Shown: piece by piece, positions 38,095-48,413 of the stretch
Layout of the letters: the number at the start of each line of letters is the position of its first letter
Numbering within the stretch: the stretch's first letter is position 1
Origin: Candidatus Poribacteria bacterium
GTDB lineage: Bacteria > Poribacteria > WGA-4E > GCA-2687025
Assembly: GCA_963665845.2 (NCBI GenBank)
Contig: OY762492.1
Span: forward strand, 1,088,001 to 1,152,000
Length of the DNA: 64,000 bases
Direction of reading: 5' to 3'
Program-made: the position numbers and the translations under genes
The notes under the pieces: generated by a model
Told to the model about the DNA's origin: nothing
What the model saw: the letters and a program-made list of their open reading frames with translations, nothing else
Databases searched by the model: none

Positions 38095-39977
38095 ACCGAT
38101 ACGACAAGACATACGATGTGATTGTGGTCGGCGGCGGGCATGCCGGCATTGAGGCTTCCCTTGCGGCGGCGCGCATGGGGGCGCAGACGCTTCTGTTGAC
38201 GATGAGCCTGGACACCATCGGGCAGATGTCATGCAACCCCGCCATCGGGGGACTTGCCAAGGGGCATATGGTGAAGGAGATCGACGCGCTCGGCGGAGAG
38301 ATGGCGCGCGCCATCGATGACACCGGCATTCAGTTTCGGCAGCTGAACACGCGCAAGGGTCCCGCTGTCCGCGCCTCCCGCGCCCAAGCCGATAAAAAAG
38401 AGTACCAGGTTCGCATGAAAGAGACGGTCGAATCGCAGGAGAACCTGGACGTCAAGATGGCGATGGCGGACGATTTTGTTGTTGAAGGAGAGGACAGGCC
38501 GCGCGTTCAGGGCGTCTTAACAAAAACGGGCATGTTCTACCCGTCTCGAACCGTCGTCATGACGACCGGCACCTTTTTGCGCGGGCTGATCCATATCGGA
38601 ACCTTTCAGCATAAAAGCGGGCGCGCGGGGGAGCCGTCCGCCGAGACGATGTCCGCCGGGCTGGGTCGGCTTCAGTTTCGGCTTGGACGGCTCAAGACAG
38701 GCACGCCGCCCCGCGTCCAGGCGCGAACCATCGATTTTAGCCAACTGGAAACGCAGCCGGGCGACGACCCGCCCAAGCCTTTCTCCTTCGCCAACGACAT
38801 CATCAAGCAGGAGCAGATGGACTGTTACCTCGCCCGAACGACGCCGGCAACGCATCGGATCATCTCCGACAACCTACATCTGTCCGCCATGTATTCGGGG
38901 CAGATTGAGGCGAAGGGACCGCGCTACTGCCCGTCCATTGAGGACAAGATCGTCAAGTTTCCCGACAAGAGCGAGCATCTTATTTTTGTGGAGCCTGAAG
39001 GTCGGCGGACGCGCGAAATCTACCTGAACGGCGTTTCCATGAGCCTGCCGGAGCCTGTCCAGATCGACATTGTGCGTTCCATACCGGGCTTTGAACAGGC
39101 GGAGCTGATGCGCCCCGCTTACGCCGTCGAATACGATTACTGCGATCCGACGCAGCTGCTGCCGAGCCTTGAAACGAAGCCGGCGGCGGGGCTGTATTTT
39201 GCGGGACAGATCAACGGAACGACGGGATATGAAGAGGCGGCGGGGCAGGGCATTATGGCGGGGATCAACGCCGCCCTTGCCGCGCGCGGAGAGGAGCCGC
39301 TCATCTTGGACAGGTCGGAGGCGTATATCGGCGTTCTCATCGACGACCTTGTGACGAAAGGGACGCAAGAGCCGTATCGGATGTTCACGTCGCGCGCCGA
39401 ATACCGCCTCATGCTTCGGGAGGAGAACGCGGACATGCGCTTGACGGAGGCGGGTCGACGCATCGGGCTGGCGTCGGACGAGGCGTATGAGCGGTACCGT
39501 TTGAAGCGGCGGCAGATGGAAGAGGAGCTGGAACGGCTGAAAGGCGCGCGCGTTGACCCGACAGAAGAGACGCAGCGCCTCTTGCGGCAATATCGTTCCG
39601 CCGAGCTGAAAAAGCCGACGCGCGCTTCAGAACTGATCCGCCGTCCGGAGCTGTCGTATGAGGCGGTTTGCGCATTGAGCGCTCCGCCTAAACCGCTGAC
39701 GCGGTCCGCCGCGGAGGAGGTTGAGCAGACGCTCAAATACGAGGGCTATATCGCTCGGCAGAATGCGCAGATTGAGCAGTTCAAGCGGCTTGAGGCGTGG
39801 AAAATACCGGCGGGGTTCGATTATGAGCAGGCGGCGGGGTTGAAGCGGGAGTGCCGCGAAAAGTTGGCGGCGATACAGCCCGCGTCGCTCGGTCAAGCGT
39901 CGCGCATCTCCGGCGTGTCGCCGGCGGACATCTCGGCGCTGATGGTCATTCTGCGCGGGATGAGCCGGCAGCGTTGA
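38091..39977 (+). CDS. mnmG: tRNA uridine-5-carboxymethylaminomethyl modification enzyme
   Basis: [49 protein letters not shown]. Confidence 0.96.
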   Translation: MNRYDKTYDVIVVGGGHAGIEASLAAARMGAQTLLLTMSLDTIGQMSCNPAIGGLAKGHMVKEIDALGGEMARAIDDTGIQFRQLNTRKGPAVRASRAQADKKEYQVRMKETVESQENLDVKMAMADDFVVEGEDRPRVQGVLTKTGMFYPSRTVVMTTGTFLRGLIHIGTFQHKSGRAGEPSAETMSAGLGRLQFRLGRLKTGTPPRVQARTIDFSQLETQPGDDPPKPFSFANDIIKQEQMDCYLARTTPATHRIISDNLHLSAMYSGQIEAKGPRYCPSIEDKIVKFPDKSEHLIFVEPEGRRTREIYLNGVSMSLPEPVQIDIVRSIPGFEQAELMRPAYAVEYDYCDPTQLLPSLETKPAAGLYFAGQINGTTGYEEAAGQGIMAGINAALAARGEEPLILDRSEAYIGVLIDDLVTKGTQEPYRMFTSRAEYRLMLREENADMRLTEAGRRIGLASDEAYERYRLKRRQMEEELERLKGARVDPTEETQRLLRQYRSAELKKPTRASELIRRPELSYEAVCALSAPPKPLTRSAAEEVEQTLKYEGYIARQNAQIEQFKRLEAWKIPAGFDYEQAAGLKRECREKLAAIQPASLGQASRISGVSPADISALMVILRGMSRQR

Positions 39978-40016
39978 GCGGCGCGCTGGCGCTATAATGT
40001 CATGAAGGAGGCGTCT

Positions 40017-41312
40017 ATGACAAAAACATGCGCTCGGCTGTTGGCGGTCCCGCTTTTAGCGGCGTTGTCGCTCTATGCCTGCAATCAAAGCCCCGAACCG
40101 CCCCCCGCGCCGACGGAAAAAGACGAAGTTCAGCAGACCGCGCCGATGGAAAAAGACGAAGTTCAGCCGTTGGAAATTGGAGCGGCGGTGACCGACTTTA
40201 CGCTCACTGAAGTACACGAAAAGTCCGCCGTCTCTTTAGCCGACTACGAACAGGCGGCGTTGTTTGCGATCATCTTTATCAGCAGAGAATCCTCGGTGTC
40301 GAACGCCTACATGAGCCGCCTTGTCGAACTGCATCAGATGTATCAGTCCAAAGGCGTTCAGTTTCTCGCCGTCAACTCCAACGAGGCGGAGACGTTCAGC
40401 GCCTTTTACGGTCAGCTGCCGTTTCCCATTTTGAAAGACAGGAACTACGAACTGGCGGATCATCTTCAGGCGGTTGTGACGCCGGAGGCGTTTTTGATTC
40501 AACCTATCCGCGCCGCCGCGGCGGAAGACAGCGGCGAGACGAAGTACATCCTGCGTTACAGCGGCGCGCTGGATGACGCGCAAGACGCGGGGAAAGTGGA
40601 GAAGCAGTATTTAAAAGAGGCGATTGACGCGCTGCTGTCGGGCGGCGGCGCGAACCTGAAGCGCATCCTGCCAACGGCGGGCTGGCCCATCGACCGCATT
40701 CGGCCGTTAGAAATTGGAACGGCGGCGGCCGACTTTACGCTCATTGATGTCCGCGAAAAGTCCGCCGTCTCTTTAGCCGATTATGAACAGGCGGCGGCGT
40801 TTGCGATCATCTTTATCGGTATCAATTGCGAGGCATCGAACGCCTACTTGAGCCGCCTCTCCGAACTGCATCAGACGTATCAACCCAAAGGCGTTCAGTT
40901 TCTCGCTGTCAACCCCAACGAGGATGATAAGCTCAGCGCCGTTGAAGAGCATGCGGAGGCGCATCAACTGCCGTTTCCCGTTTTAAAAGACTTGATCTAC
41001 GAGCTGGCGGATCAGCTTCAGGCAGTTGTGACGCCGGAAGCGTTTTTGATTCAACCTGTCCGCCCCGCCGCGGCGGAAAACGGCGGCGAGACAAAGTACA
41101 TCCTGCGTTACAGCGGCGCGCTGGACGACGCGCAAGACGCGGCGAAAGTGAAGACACGGCATTTAAAAGAGGCGATCGACGCGCTGCTGTCGGGCGGCGG
41201 CGCGAACCTGAAGCGCGTACAGCCGGAGGGCTGGCCCATAGACCGCGTCGACAACTACGGAAGACCGCTAGACGGCGTTGACGCCAACGGAAAACCGAAA
41301 GCGACCCCATGA
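40017..41312 (+). CDS. Lipoprotein with two tandem redoxin (AhpC/TSA-like) domains
   Basis: Lipobox LYAC; duplicated LEIG..A.DFTL...VQFLAVN.N...LPFP.LKD...TPEAFL...LRYSGALDD. Confidence 0.8.
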   Translation: MTKTCARLLAVPLLAALSLYACNQSPEPPPAPTEKDEVQQTAPMEKDEVQPLEIGAAVTDFTLTEVHEKSAVSLADYEQAALFAIIFISRESSVSNAYMSRLVELHQMYQSKGVQFLAVNSNEAETFSAFYGQLPFPILKDRNYELADHLQAVVTPEAFLIQPIRAAAAEDSGETKYILRYSGALDDAQDAGKVEKQYLKEAIDALLSGGGANLKRILPTAGWPIDRIRPLEIGTAAADFTLIDVREKSAVSLADYEQAAAFAIIFIGINCEASNAYLSRLSELHQTYQPKGVQFLAVNPNEDDKLSAVEEHAEAHQLPFPVLKDLIYELADQLQAVVTPEAFLIQPVRPAAAENGGETKYILRYSGALDDAQDAAKVKTRHLKEAIDALLSGGGANLKRVQPEGWPIDRVDNYGRPLDGVDANGKPKATP

Positions 41313-42247
41313 GCATACAGCGGAACGACGAAACATTAGAGGTGATTGTAGCGAAGAGCGCCGGGACATGCTTCGGCGTGGAGGCGGCGATTGAGATCGC
41401 CGAACGGGAGCGGAAGCCGATACTCGGTCCGCTTGTGCATAACCCGCGCACCGTGAACCGCCTTGCCGCGCAGGGCATTCCGATCTTGGAGCGTTACGCT
41501 TCGCTGGATGAACTGGAGGGCGTCAACGAGACGGTCATTACGGCGCATGGGTACCCGAAGGAGCTGAAGGAGGCGTTGACGGAGCGCGGCATCGCCTACC
41601 ATGACGCCACCTGCCCCGTTCTGTTGAAATGGGTGTACCGCAAGATCGAGAACTTTGAACGGGACGGGTACCATGTGATTCTGATTGGGAACCCAGACCA
41701 TGCGGAGATCATCGCCAGCCGAAGCTACGGACAGAACATCAGCGTTGTGTACAGCGCGGAGGATGTGGACGCTTTGCCGGACGGGCTGGGTTCGACCGTC
41801 GCGGTTTGCCAGACGACGATCACGCGGGAGAAATTTCAGGGGCTGGTGGACCTGATACGGGAGCGGCGTTACCCCGATCTGAAGGCGGTTGACACGCGCT
41901 GCCATCCGGTGAAAAATCAGCAGGAGGCGGTCGAGTCGCTCGCGCAGTGGGTGGACGCGATGGTCATTGTGGGCGGTTTTGATTCCAGCAATACGACCAA
42001 TTTGGCGCGCATTTCCCGCAAGTATCTGCCGGAGCGCACCTACCATATCGATTCGAAGGAGCTGCTTCAGCGGGAGTGGCTTGCAGGAGCGCGTCATCTG
42101 GGCATCGGCGCGGGAACCAGCACGCCGAAAGATCAGATCGAAGGGGTGAAGCGGCGCATCGCGGAGCTGTCGGAAGCGCCGGTCGTTTTCCGCAAGGACG
42201 GTTCGGACGACGAGGATCTGGAAGGGATTGACGGGTCGGAGATTTAG
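41309..42247 (+). CDS. ispH: 4-hydroxy-3-methylbut-2-enyl diphosphate reductase
   Basis: GTCFGV, LVHN, ITAHG, DATCP, QTT, SSNTTNL, AGTSTP. Confidence 0.92.
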   Translation: MSIQRNDETLEVIVAKSAGTCFGVEAAIEIAERERKPILGPLVHNPRTVNRLAAQGIPILERYASLDELEGVNETVITAHGYPKELKEALTERGIAYHDATCPVLLKWVYRKIENFERDGYHVILIGNPDHAEIIASRSYGQNISVVYSAEDVDALPDGLGSTVAVCQTTITREKFQGLVDLIRERRYPDLKAVDTRCHPVKNQQEAVESLAQWVDAMVIVGGFDSSNTTNLARISRKYLPERTYHIDSKELLQREWLAGARHLGIGAGTSTPKDQIEGVKRRIAELSEAPVVFRKDGSDDEDLEGIDGSEI

Positions 42248-42317
42248 CGGCTCTTGTCATTCCTGCGCAAGCGGGTTTGACCCTTGACAAAACCAGACAG
42301 CCAACTCATGCTATCTT

Positions 42318-43280
42318 ATGCAGGACGTTGGAGAACGTAACGGAATTGATGATTCGAACGTTCTCAACCATGCCAGCGTCGAAATCGTCAACTTGAAGGG
42401 CAGCCGAATGCAGCGTATCTTGGGCGTTAAATCATCAGAGAGTAAAAATTATCGCTTCTATTGCCAATCCTCTGTCCAAATGCCTCAGTGCGCTAACAAC
42501 TCCATCAGCCTTACGGTCACCTCGCCGCCTTACTGGAACGCCATTGACTACAATATCCATGCCAGCGAAGGAATGGACGCTTGGCACCGCAATAGAGATT
42601 ACAGCGCCTTTGGAGCGGATCTTGAAGAATATCTCTCGAACATTGAGAGCGTTTTTAAAGAGGTTTTGCGCGCGACGGTTAAAGGCGGGTTTTGCGCTAT
42701 CGTTGTCGGGACGCTTTTATATAAACGGCGGCATTATCCGATACCGATGATGATCACGGATCGGATGATTCAAGCGGGTTGGGATTTTCATCAGGACATT
42801 ATCTGGAACAAGGTGACCGGCGGGGTGAAACGGGCTGGATCGTTCATACAGCATCCGAAGTCGGGCTACTACTATCCAAACATTATGACGGAGTACATTC
42901 TGGTGTTTCGGAAGCCGGGCGATCCGCGACGAGGCAAGAAACAAGCCTTAGAGATTGACGACCTTTTCAAGCGGGACATAGCCAACAATGTTTGGCATAT
43001 CGCGCCGGTGCCTCCTAGAACGATTGACCATCCCTGCCCCTATCCTCTGGAGCTGGTTCGCCGTCTCGTGCTTCTTTACTCTGAGGAAGGCGAAGAAGTT
43101 TTAGACCCGTTTTTAGGAAGCGGACAAACCGCTATCGGCGCGCTTCGAGAAGGGCGTCGCGTTGTCGGTTACGACATTGAGTCGCGTTATGTAAAATTGT
43201 CAGAAGAGCGATTGCTCTCCAAACCGACGCGACGCAAATTCAATCTCATCCCGCGCTATGAAAAGATACCGGCAACATGA
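42318..43280 (+). CDS. Beta-class DNA methyltransferase (probably N4-cytosine)
   Basis: VTSPPYW, HPCPYP, DPFLGSGQT. Start codon uncertain. Confidence 0.88.
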   Translation: MQDVGERNGIDDSNVLNHASVEIVNLKGSRMQRILGVKSSESKNYRFYCQSSVQMPQCANNSISLTVTSPPYWNAIDYNIHASEGMDAWHRNRDYSAFGADLEEYLSNIESVFKEVLRATVKGGFCAIVVGTLLYKRRHYPIPMMITDRMIQAGWDFHQDIIWNKVTGGVKRAGSFIQHPKSGYYYPNIMTEYILVFRKPGDPRRGKKQALEIDDLFKRDIANNVWHIAPVPPRTIDHPCPYPLELVRRLVLLYSEEGEEVLDPFLGSGQTAIGALREGRRVVGYDIESRYVKLSEERLLSKPTRRKFNLIPRYEKIPAT

Positions 43281-43900
43281 ATTCTCAAGCGTATATCCAA
43301 GAACGCCGCGCTTTTGAGCAGATAAAGAAAAAATGCAGCGATGAAGTAAAGAAAGAGTATGAAACCGCGGTAAATACGTTGGTAAGACGTTACAACACGA
43401 CCATTCATGAAAATCGGTTTGTCGTGGGGGGAGCTGTGGAAGAGTTTACGTGGGCTTTGCTGAGGTCAGTAGGCGTTGAGTGCGAGCTCTGCGGATCTCA
43501 ATCTCCTGACGGCGATATTGCGCTTCCCAATGACGAATTGCTGTCCATTAAATCTTCATTTACAGGCGTATCGGATATAAAGTTGATCAACCAAATGGGG
43601 ACGGGCGACCGAGCATGGAAAACGGCAACTTTATTTGTTGTCGCTGGAGTCGGCATCGTCTACGGCGCGCCCGACATGGTGGATAGCGATCATGTTAAAC
43701 CGACCGGCGATGGCGTATCGCTCAAGCGAGCCGGCCTTCAAAAGCTCATAGAAGATCAAGCGAACGTATTTGAGGCGGAAATTGCGTCTAAGCCGCCGAA
43801 AGAAATGGCAGGTCAAAGTCTCAAAGCCAGCTCAGCTGTGGCGCGGCAGATTCTTCAAGATACAAAATCAGAGGTTTTATCCGGTATACTCTCCGCCTAA
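43277..43900 (+). CDS. Putative type II restriction endonuclease
   Basis: ATGA overlap with the MTase, AT-richer, PD-(D/E)XK-like GDIAL...LSIKSS. Confidence 0.55.
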   Translation: MNSQAYIQERRAFEQIKKKCSDEVKKEYETAVNTLVRRYNTTIHENRFVVGGAVEEFTWALLRSVGVECELCGSQSPDGDIALPNDELLSIKSSFTGVSDIKLINQMGTGDRAWKTATLFVVAGVGIVYGAPDMVDSDHVKPTGDGVSLKRAGLQKLIEDQANVFEAEIASKPPKEMAGQSLKASSAVARQILQDTKSEVLSGILSA

Positions 43901-44325
43901 GGAGAATCGCCGTTCCCGCGCCGCTTTTTCAAGAGGGCGTCAACGGAATAGTCCCCAGGACCTAGGAAAAGAACGGCGGCGTACGCGAAGAAATACAGCA
44001 GCGACGGCTCCCGCGCCAAAAGCGGATCGCCCGCGTGAACGACAAGGAAGACGACCCCCATCATCAGCAGAAGCGGAAGCGTTGCCAGCCGCGTCCACAG
44101 CCCCGCCGCGACAAACAGCGGGCATAGAAACTCCGCAAACACAGCGAACGCCCAGCTCAACTCCGAGCCTGCCCCGATCGGATCGGCTGTCGACGCCGCC
44201 TGCTCAGAAATGTTCACAAGGCGCGGCGCCCCGCGCGTCAGCATCAACGCCGAGACGCCGACGCGCAGTACCATCAGCCCAACGTTCGTCCATAACGCCT
44301 GCTTCCGCTCTATCCATGCTCGCAT
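43897..44325 (-). CDS. DoxX family membrane protein
   Basis: GLMVLRVGV...AEF...GLWTRLA...GPGDYSVD. Confidence 0.85.
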   Translation of the reverse strand: MRAWIERKQALWTNVGLMVLRVGVSALMLTRGAPRLVNISEQAASTADPIGAGSELSWAFAVFAEFLCPLFVAAGLWTRLATLPLLLMMGVVFLVVHAGDPLLAREPSLLYFFAYAAVLFLGPGDYSVDALLKKRRGNGDSP

Positions 44326-44343
44326 GCGTTCAGCCGCCGCCCG

Positions 44344-44784
44344 TCATTCTTCCATCGGTTCCTCATGGGACGGCGCGCGGCTCCTCTTTAGGATGCCGTC
44401 CACCGAATACTTGCCCGCGCCCAGCAGCATGATCGCCGCGAACGCGATCAGGTAAAACAGCGCCAGCTCCTTAGATGAAAACGGGTCTTTCGCGTGGAAG
44501 ATAAAGAAGGCGACGCCCATAGCGATGATGGGCGGAATCGACGCCAGCCGCGTGAAAAGCCCAAACATGATCGCGATGGCGCAGAAAAACTCCGCGAGGA
44601 CCAGAAGCGCCGCCGTGACGCCCGGTCCCAAGCCGATCGGGTCCATTCCGGACGCAACGTTGTCTCCAAAGTTGACCAGCTTGCCCCAGCCGTGCGTCAG
44701 CATGAGCGCCCCGACGCCGACGCGCAAGACAGCAAGCCCGACATTTGTAAGAGCCTCTTTTTCTCGACCCAACCATTCTTTCAT
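44344..44784 (-). CDS. DoxX family membrane protein (tandem paralog)
   Basis: LRVGVGALMLTHGWGKL...GLFTRLA...GAGKYSVD. Confidence 0.9.
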   Translation of the reverse strand: MKEWLGREKEALTNVGLAVLRVGVGALMLTHGWGKLVNFGDNVASGMDPIGLGPGVTAALLVLAEFFCAIAIMFGLFTRLASIPPIIAMGVAFFIFHAKDPFSSKELALFYLIAFAAIMLLGAGKYSVDGILKRSRAPSHEEPMEE

Positions 44785-44806
44785 GATGCGTTTCCTTTCT
44801 TCATGT

Positions 44807-46111
44807 TCACTCTGCGGCTTGAATTGCCTGCGCGATGTGGGCGCGCGTTCCGTCCAGATCGAAGCAGTCGCGCTGGTTCTGGAGCATGATGCGCGACGCG
44901 ACGCCCATCGCCTGCTTCTCGTTCATATACCCTTCATCGATTTCCGCCTGCAGGGCGCGCCGTATCTCCTGCCGCGCCTGTATCGAGTAGGCGTAGGCGC
45001 TGGTCGGCCAGCCGGTGTCGCCGCCGAAAGCGAACAGCTTGTTGATCGGAACGGCGTGGATGCACCGCCGCAGCGTGTCGCGCGAACTCCACGGATCAAT
45101 GCTCCATGCCCAGCAGAAGTCGATCCAGACGTTTCGGTAATGCTTCGCCAGCGAGATCAGTTCGCCGCTGTATGGGTAGGCGATGTGCATGAGGACAAAC
45201 TTGGCGTTCAGGTTTCGCGCGAGAAGAGCGCACATGTTGCCCGACTTGATTCGGCTGACCGGCATGCGGTCGTTCCCGGCGTAGTAGCCGGTGTGGATTT
45301 TGAAGGGCAGGTTGTGTTCGACAGTCAGCTCCACGCCGCGCTGCCAGCACCAGTCGCCGAGGCAGAGGCGCGTTTCAACGCTGATTTCGTTGTCAGGTTT
45401 TGTCAAAATCTCCTGAAGGGCGGCTTCCGCGTCGCTGTCGGAGCGCTCTCTCCAGAGCAGCGTTCGGTTGTAGGCATGCTGCGACTTCATGGCGACAGCG
45501 CACGGCGCATGCTTCGCAAACAGCGCCTCCATCGCCTGCCGCAGCGTCGCAAGGTTGATGACGCCGACGCCGGTCTCTTTATGGAGCGCGTCGGGGAAGA
45601 TTTGCCCGTTGCAGAAGGTCGCCCATGACATGTCGTATAGGAAAAAGTTGGGACCGGACATATCAGGCGGACAGGGCCAGCTGAAATCGTCTGTCTGGAT
45701 ATGGTCAAGGTTCGCGTCCACTTTCAAAATGCGGAGCCGTTCGCCGGGCTTTTGAAGTTCGCGCGTCCGATGCGCTTTTGAGGCGGCGGCGGCTCCTGTC
45801 AGCTCCTGTATGCCGTACACCCGTTCGGCGATGAGGCGCACCGCTTCGCCGTAACCGGTGAACTGAACCGCCTCCCATGCCTCCCGTATGCCTTCGAACC
45901 GCCCGGCGATGTCCTCGTCCGCGGCGTTCATGAGCCGATGCATCGCCTCCCCGGTCGCGCCCGCGGTGTGCAGGTCAGCGGGGACATAGTTGCCGAACAG
46001 GTCTTGGAGTATGTCGGGTCCGCCCTCCGTCCAGTCCTGCTCGCGGCGCATATGTTCGTGGGAGTCAACGAGCGGCGTTTCTTCGATGTGGCGTTCTAGA
46101 TCGGTAACCAT
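44807..46111 (-). CDS. Amidohydrolase-superfamily protein
   Basis: VDSHEH, KIHTG, LMHIAYPY, FGGD. Confidence 0.85.
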   Translation of the reverse strand: MVTDLERHIEETPLVDSHEHMRREQDWTEGGPDILQDLFGNYVPADLHTAGATGEAMHRLMNAADEDIAGRFEGIREAWEAVQFTGYGEAVRLIAERVYGIQELTGAAAASKAHRTRELQKPGERLRILKVDANLDHIQTDDFSWPCPPDMSGPNFFLYDMSWATFCNGQIFPDALHKETGVGVINLATLRQAMEALFAKHAPCAVAMKSQHAYNRTLLWRERSDSDAEAALQEILTKPDNEISVETRLCLGDWCWQRGVELTVEHNLPFKIHTGYYAGNDRMPVSRIKSGNMCALLARNLNAKFVLMHIAYPYSGELISLAKHYRNVWIDFCWAWSIDPWSSRDTLRRCIHAVPINKLFAFGGDTGWPTSAYAYSIQARQEIRRALQAEIDEGYMNEKQAMGVASRIMLQNQRDCFDLDGTRAHIAQAIQAAE

Positions 46112-46160
46112 CGCGTGTCTCCGTTTGCATTGGCGCGTTTTCGCATGCATCATGTCATGG

Positions 46161-46664
46161 ATGAGTTTTAAACGCAAGCGTCAATCTGGTTCGCAACGGG
46201 AGCGGACGCGCCGTCAGTTTTTGGGCGGGGCTTTGCTTATCGGTTTGTTGGGAAGGCTGGGCTGCGGGAAGTCGAAACGCGGCGAGGCGGAGGAGAAGGA
46301 GCGGACGCCCCCGCCGGACGCTGAGCGCGTTTCGTTTACGCTTAAGGAGCATCCGTCGCTTGCCAAAACGAACGGCATGGCGGAGATTCCTGCCGCGGGG
46401 AACGCCCCCTCGCTTCTGCTATTGCGGACAAAGAACGGGTTTCGCGCCTATGTAAATGTCTGCACGCATGCGGCATGTCCGCTGGAACCGGACGCCGAGA
46501 AGCGCCGCATCTACTGCGATCGGCAATGCGGGCATGGCTCCATTTTTGGGCTGGACGGAAAGGCGCTGGCGGGTCCGTCGGCGCGCCCGCTGTATGAGTA
46601 TTTTACCGAATGGAGCGAAGGGGGCGATTCCGTGACGGTCGTTTTGGAACTCAAAAACCCGTGA
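46161..46664 (+). CDS. Rieske [2Fe-2S] protein with a Tat-like (lipoprotein) signal
   Basis: TRRQFL...LGC; CTHAAC and C...HGSIF...GPSARPL. Start codon uncertain. Confidence 0.8.
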   Translation: MSFKRKRQSGSQRERTRRQFLGGALLIGLLGRLGCGKSKRGEAEEKERTPPPDAERVSFTLKEHPSLAKTNGMAEIPAAGNAPSLLLLRTKNGFRAYVNVCTHAACPLEPDAEKRRIYCDRQCGHGSIFGLDGKALAGPSARPLYEYFTEWSEGGDSVTVVLELKNP

Positions 46665-46671
46665 ATTGAGT

Positions 46672-48339
46672 TCACTCCTCCTCGCCGCTGTCGTCTTCCT
46701 CCTCGTCGCTCGGCGGCTGCCGTTTCAGACGCTCCTGCTCATCGAAGCGGCGGAAGACCTTCTCAACCTCCTCGCGCGAATGGCGTTTGCGGACGGCGTT
46801 GTAAGCGTCCTGGGCGCGCTGGGCGTCGCCCGACTTGGCGAAGGCGCGCGCCATGCCGAGTAAGGCGTTCATGTAGCCTTCGGGCGTCGCCTCGGAGAGA
46901 CCGTACTCCATCTCAAACGCGCTTTGGTACGCCTTGGCGAAGTCGGTGTACGCTGCGGACATCTCCGCCTCTAGATTGGGCGGCGGAAGGGGAGGTTCCA
47001 CGCCGCGCGGAGTTTCCGACAGCTCCGGGGCGTCGGGCTGGCGCTGCGGCGTCGCGGACGCTTCTGCAGGTTGAGGCTCCTGCGCTGCAGCTTCAGCCGC
47101 TGCGGCGTCGCGCTCTTCCCAGATGGACGGAACGGTTCTTTCTCCCCGCTCTAAACGTTCATAGAGACCGCGCGCTGCGCCGTTGAAGCCTATAGCGAAC
47201 GCTTTCTGGTACTGGTCAGCCGCTTCATACAACATATCCAGACGTTCATAGGCGACGCCAAGACCGAAATGCAAACTCGGATCAGAATGCAGACTGCCAT
47301 CTTCCGGCAAAAGGAGTGTGATCGCCGCAACCATCTCTTCAGGATAGGGTTCTGATAGATATCGGATCGTGGCGCTCACCGCATCCTCATCCCGCGGATG
47401 ATGTTTGAGAAGACGCCGCGCCGATTCGATCGCATCGTCCAAATCATTTGCCGCGCCAAGTTTGATCATCAGCGCGTCGCGGGAGGTCGGATCCTTTGCT
47501 AAAACGCGGTCCGCGTATTCCAACGCGTACTCATTCTCGTTTCTATCCCACCGCTCGTCAAGCTCAGATTCGCTTCCATAATACAGATATTTAGCGGCGG
47601 TCAGGTCGTCCATTCCTTCCACCAGAATCTCGATCACCGCGCGCGGCGTTCTTCCGTTTTCTTCGCGGTAGTTGACGCTTCCGTATTGGTTGTAGAAGTA
47701 TTCGCGGATTCGGTTCGCTTTATCCGAAAGGCTCGGATCGCGCGGATCGTAGTTGGGATTGGTCGGGTCGGAGCCGTAGGAATGAGGCTTCCCCAGCGCA
47801 AAATCCCGCATCTCTCGAATATGCCCCTTCAGCTCTTCGCCGCTGTAGTTTCTCAGGAAGATGAAGTCTGTATGGAGCTCGCTGGCAATTGCGTCGTCGT
47901 CTTTGCCGTCTTGGATCCGCTTCGTTCCGATCCAGACAAGCCATTCATGAACCTGCGGATCGGACGCGCGCTCATTGTCAATGTACAGCAGCGTCAGATG
48001 GATCGCAAGCCGCTCGCTTGGGTCGGACGACGCCCATTCCTCCAATAACCGGATCCACTCTTCGGGCAGGTCGTCCGCGTCATCGTCGAATCCTGTTTGC
48101 GTGATCTTGCGGTAGGCGTCCATCCATGCTTTCACCTTTTCGGCGTCGGCGCCTTGGACCAGCTCATGCTGCGGCTCGGAGCCGGACGCGCCTTTCGGGT
48201 TGTCTGTCGTATTGGACGAAGCAGGATCGTCCGGACGGAAAAGAATTGCCGCCGTAACCGCCAAAGCGGCCAGCAAGACAGCGCCGACCAGAAGCGCGAG
48301 ACGCGCCCTGCGGTGTGATGGGCGTTGCGTCGTTTTCAT
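46672..48339 (-). CDS. Membrane-anchored helical/TPR-like protein, tandem array copy A
   Basis: MKTTQR...TM helix; conserved ENGRTPR.VIEILVEGMDD, PSIWEER, ATPEGYMNALLGMARAFAK. Confidence 0.8.
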   Translation of the reverse strand: MKTTQRPSHRRARLALLVGAVLLAALAVTAAILFRPDDPASSNTTDNPKGASGSEPQHELVQGADAEKVKAWMDAYRKITQTGFDDDADDLPEEWIRLLEEWASSDPSERLAIHLTLLYIDNERASDPQVHEWLVWIGTKRIQDGKDDDAIASELHTDFIFLRNYSGEELKGHIREMRDFALGKPHSYGSDPTNPNYDPRDPSLSDKANRIREYFYNQYGSVNYREENGRTPRAVIEILVEGMDDLTAAKYLYYGSESELDERWDRNENEYALEYADRVLAKDPTSRDALMIKLGAANDLDDAIESARRLLKHHPRDEDAVSATIRYLSEPYPEEMVAAITLLLPEDGSLHSDPSLHFGLGVAYERLDMLYEAADQYQKAFAIGFNGAARGLYERLERGERTVPSIWEERDAAAAEAAAQEPQPAEASATPQRQPDAPELSETPRGVEPPLPPPNLEAEMSAAYTDFAKAYQSAFEMEYGLSEATPEGYMNALLGMARAFAKSGDAQRAQDAYNAVRKRHSREEVEKVFRRFDEQERLKRQPPSDEEEDDSGEEE

Positions 48340-48413
48340 CGTCTTGACCCGTTCCAAGTTGCTAAGCGCATCTAGGAACAGCATAACGCCTCGGCGCTAG
48401 CGCCGCAAGCCGC

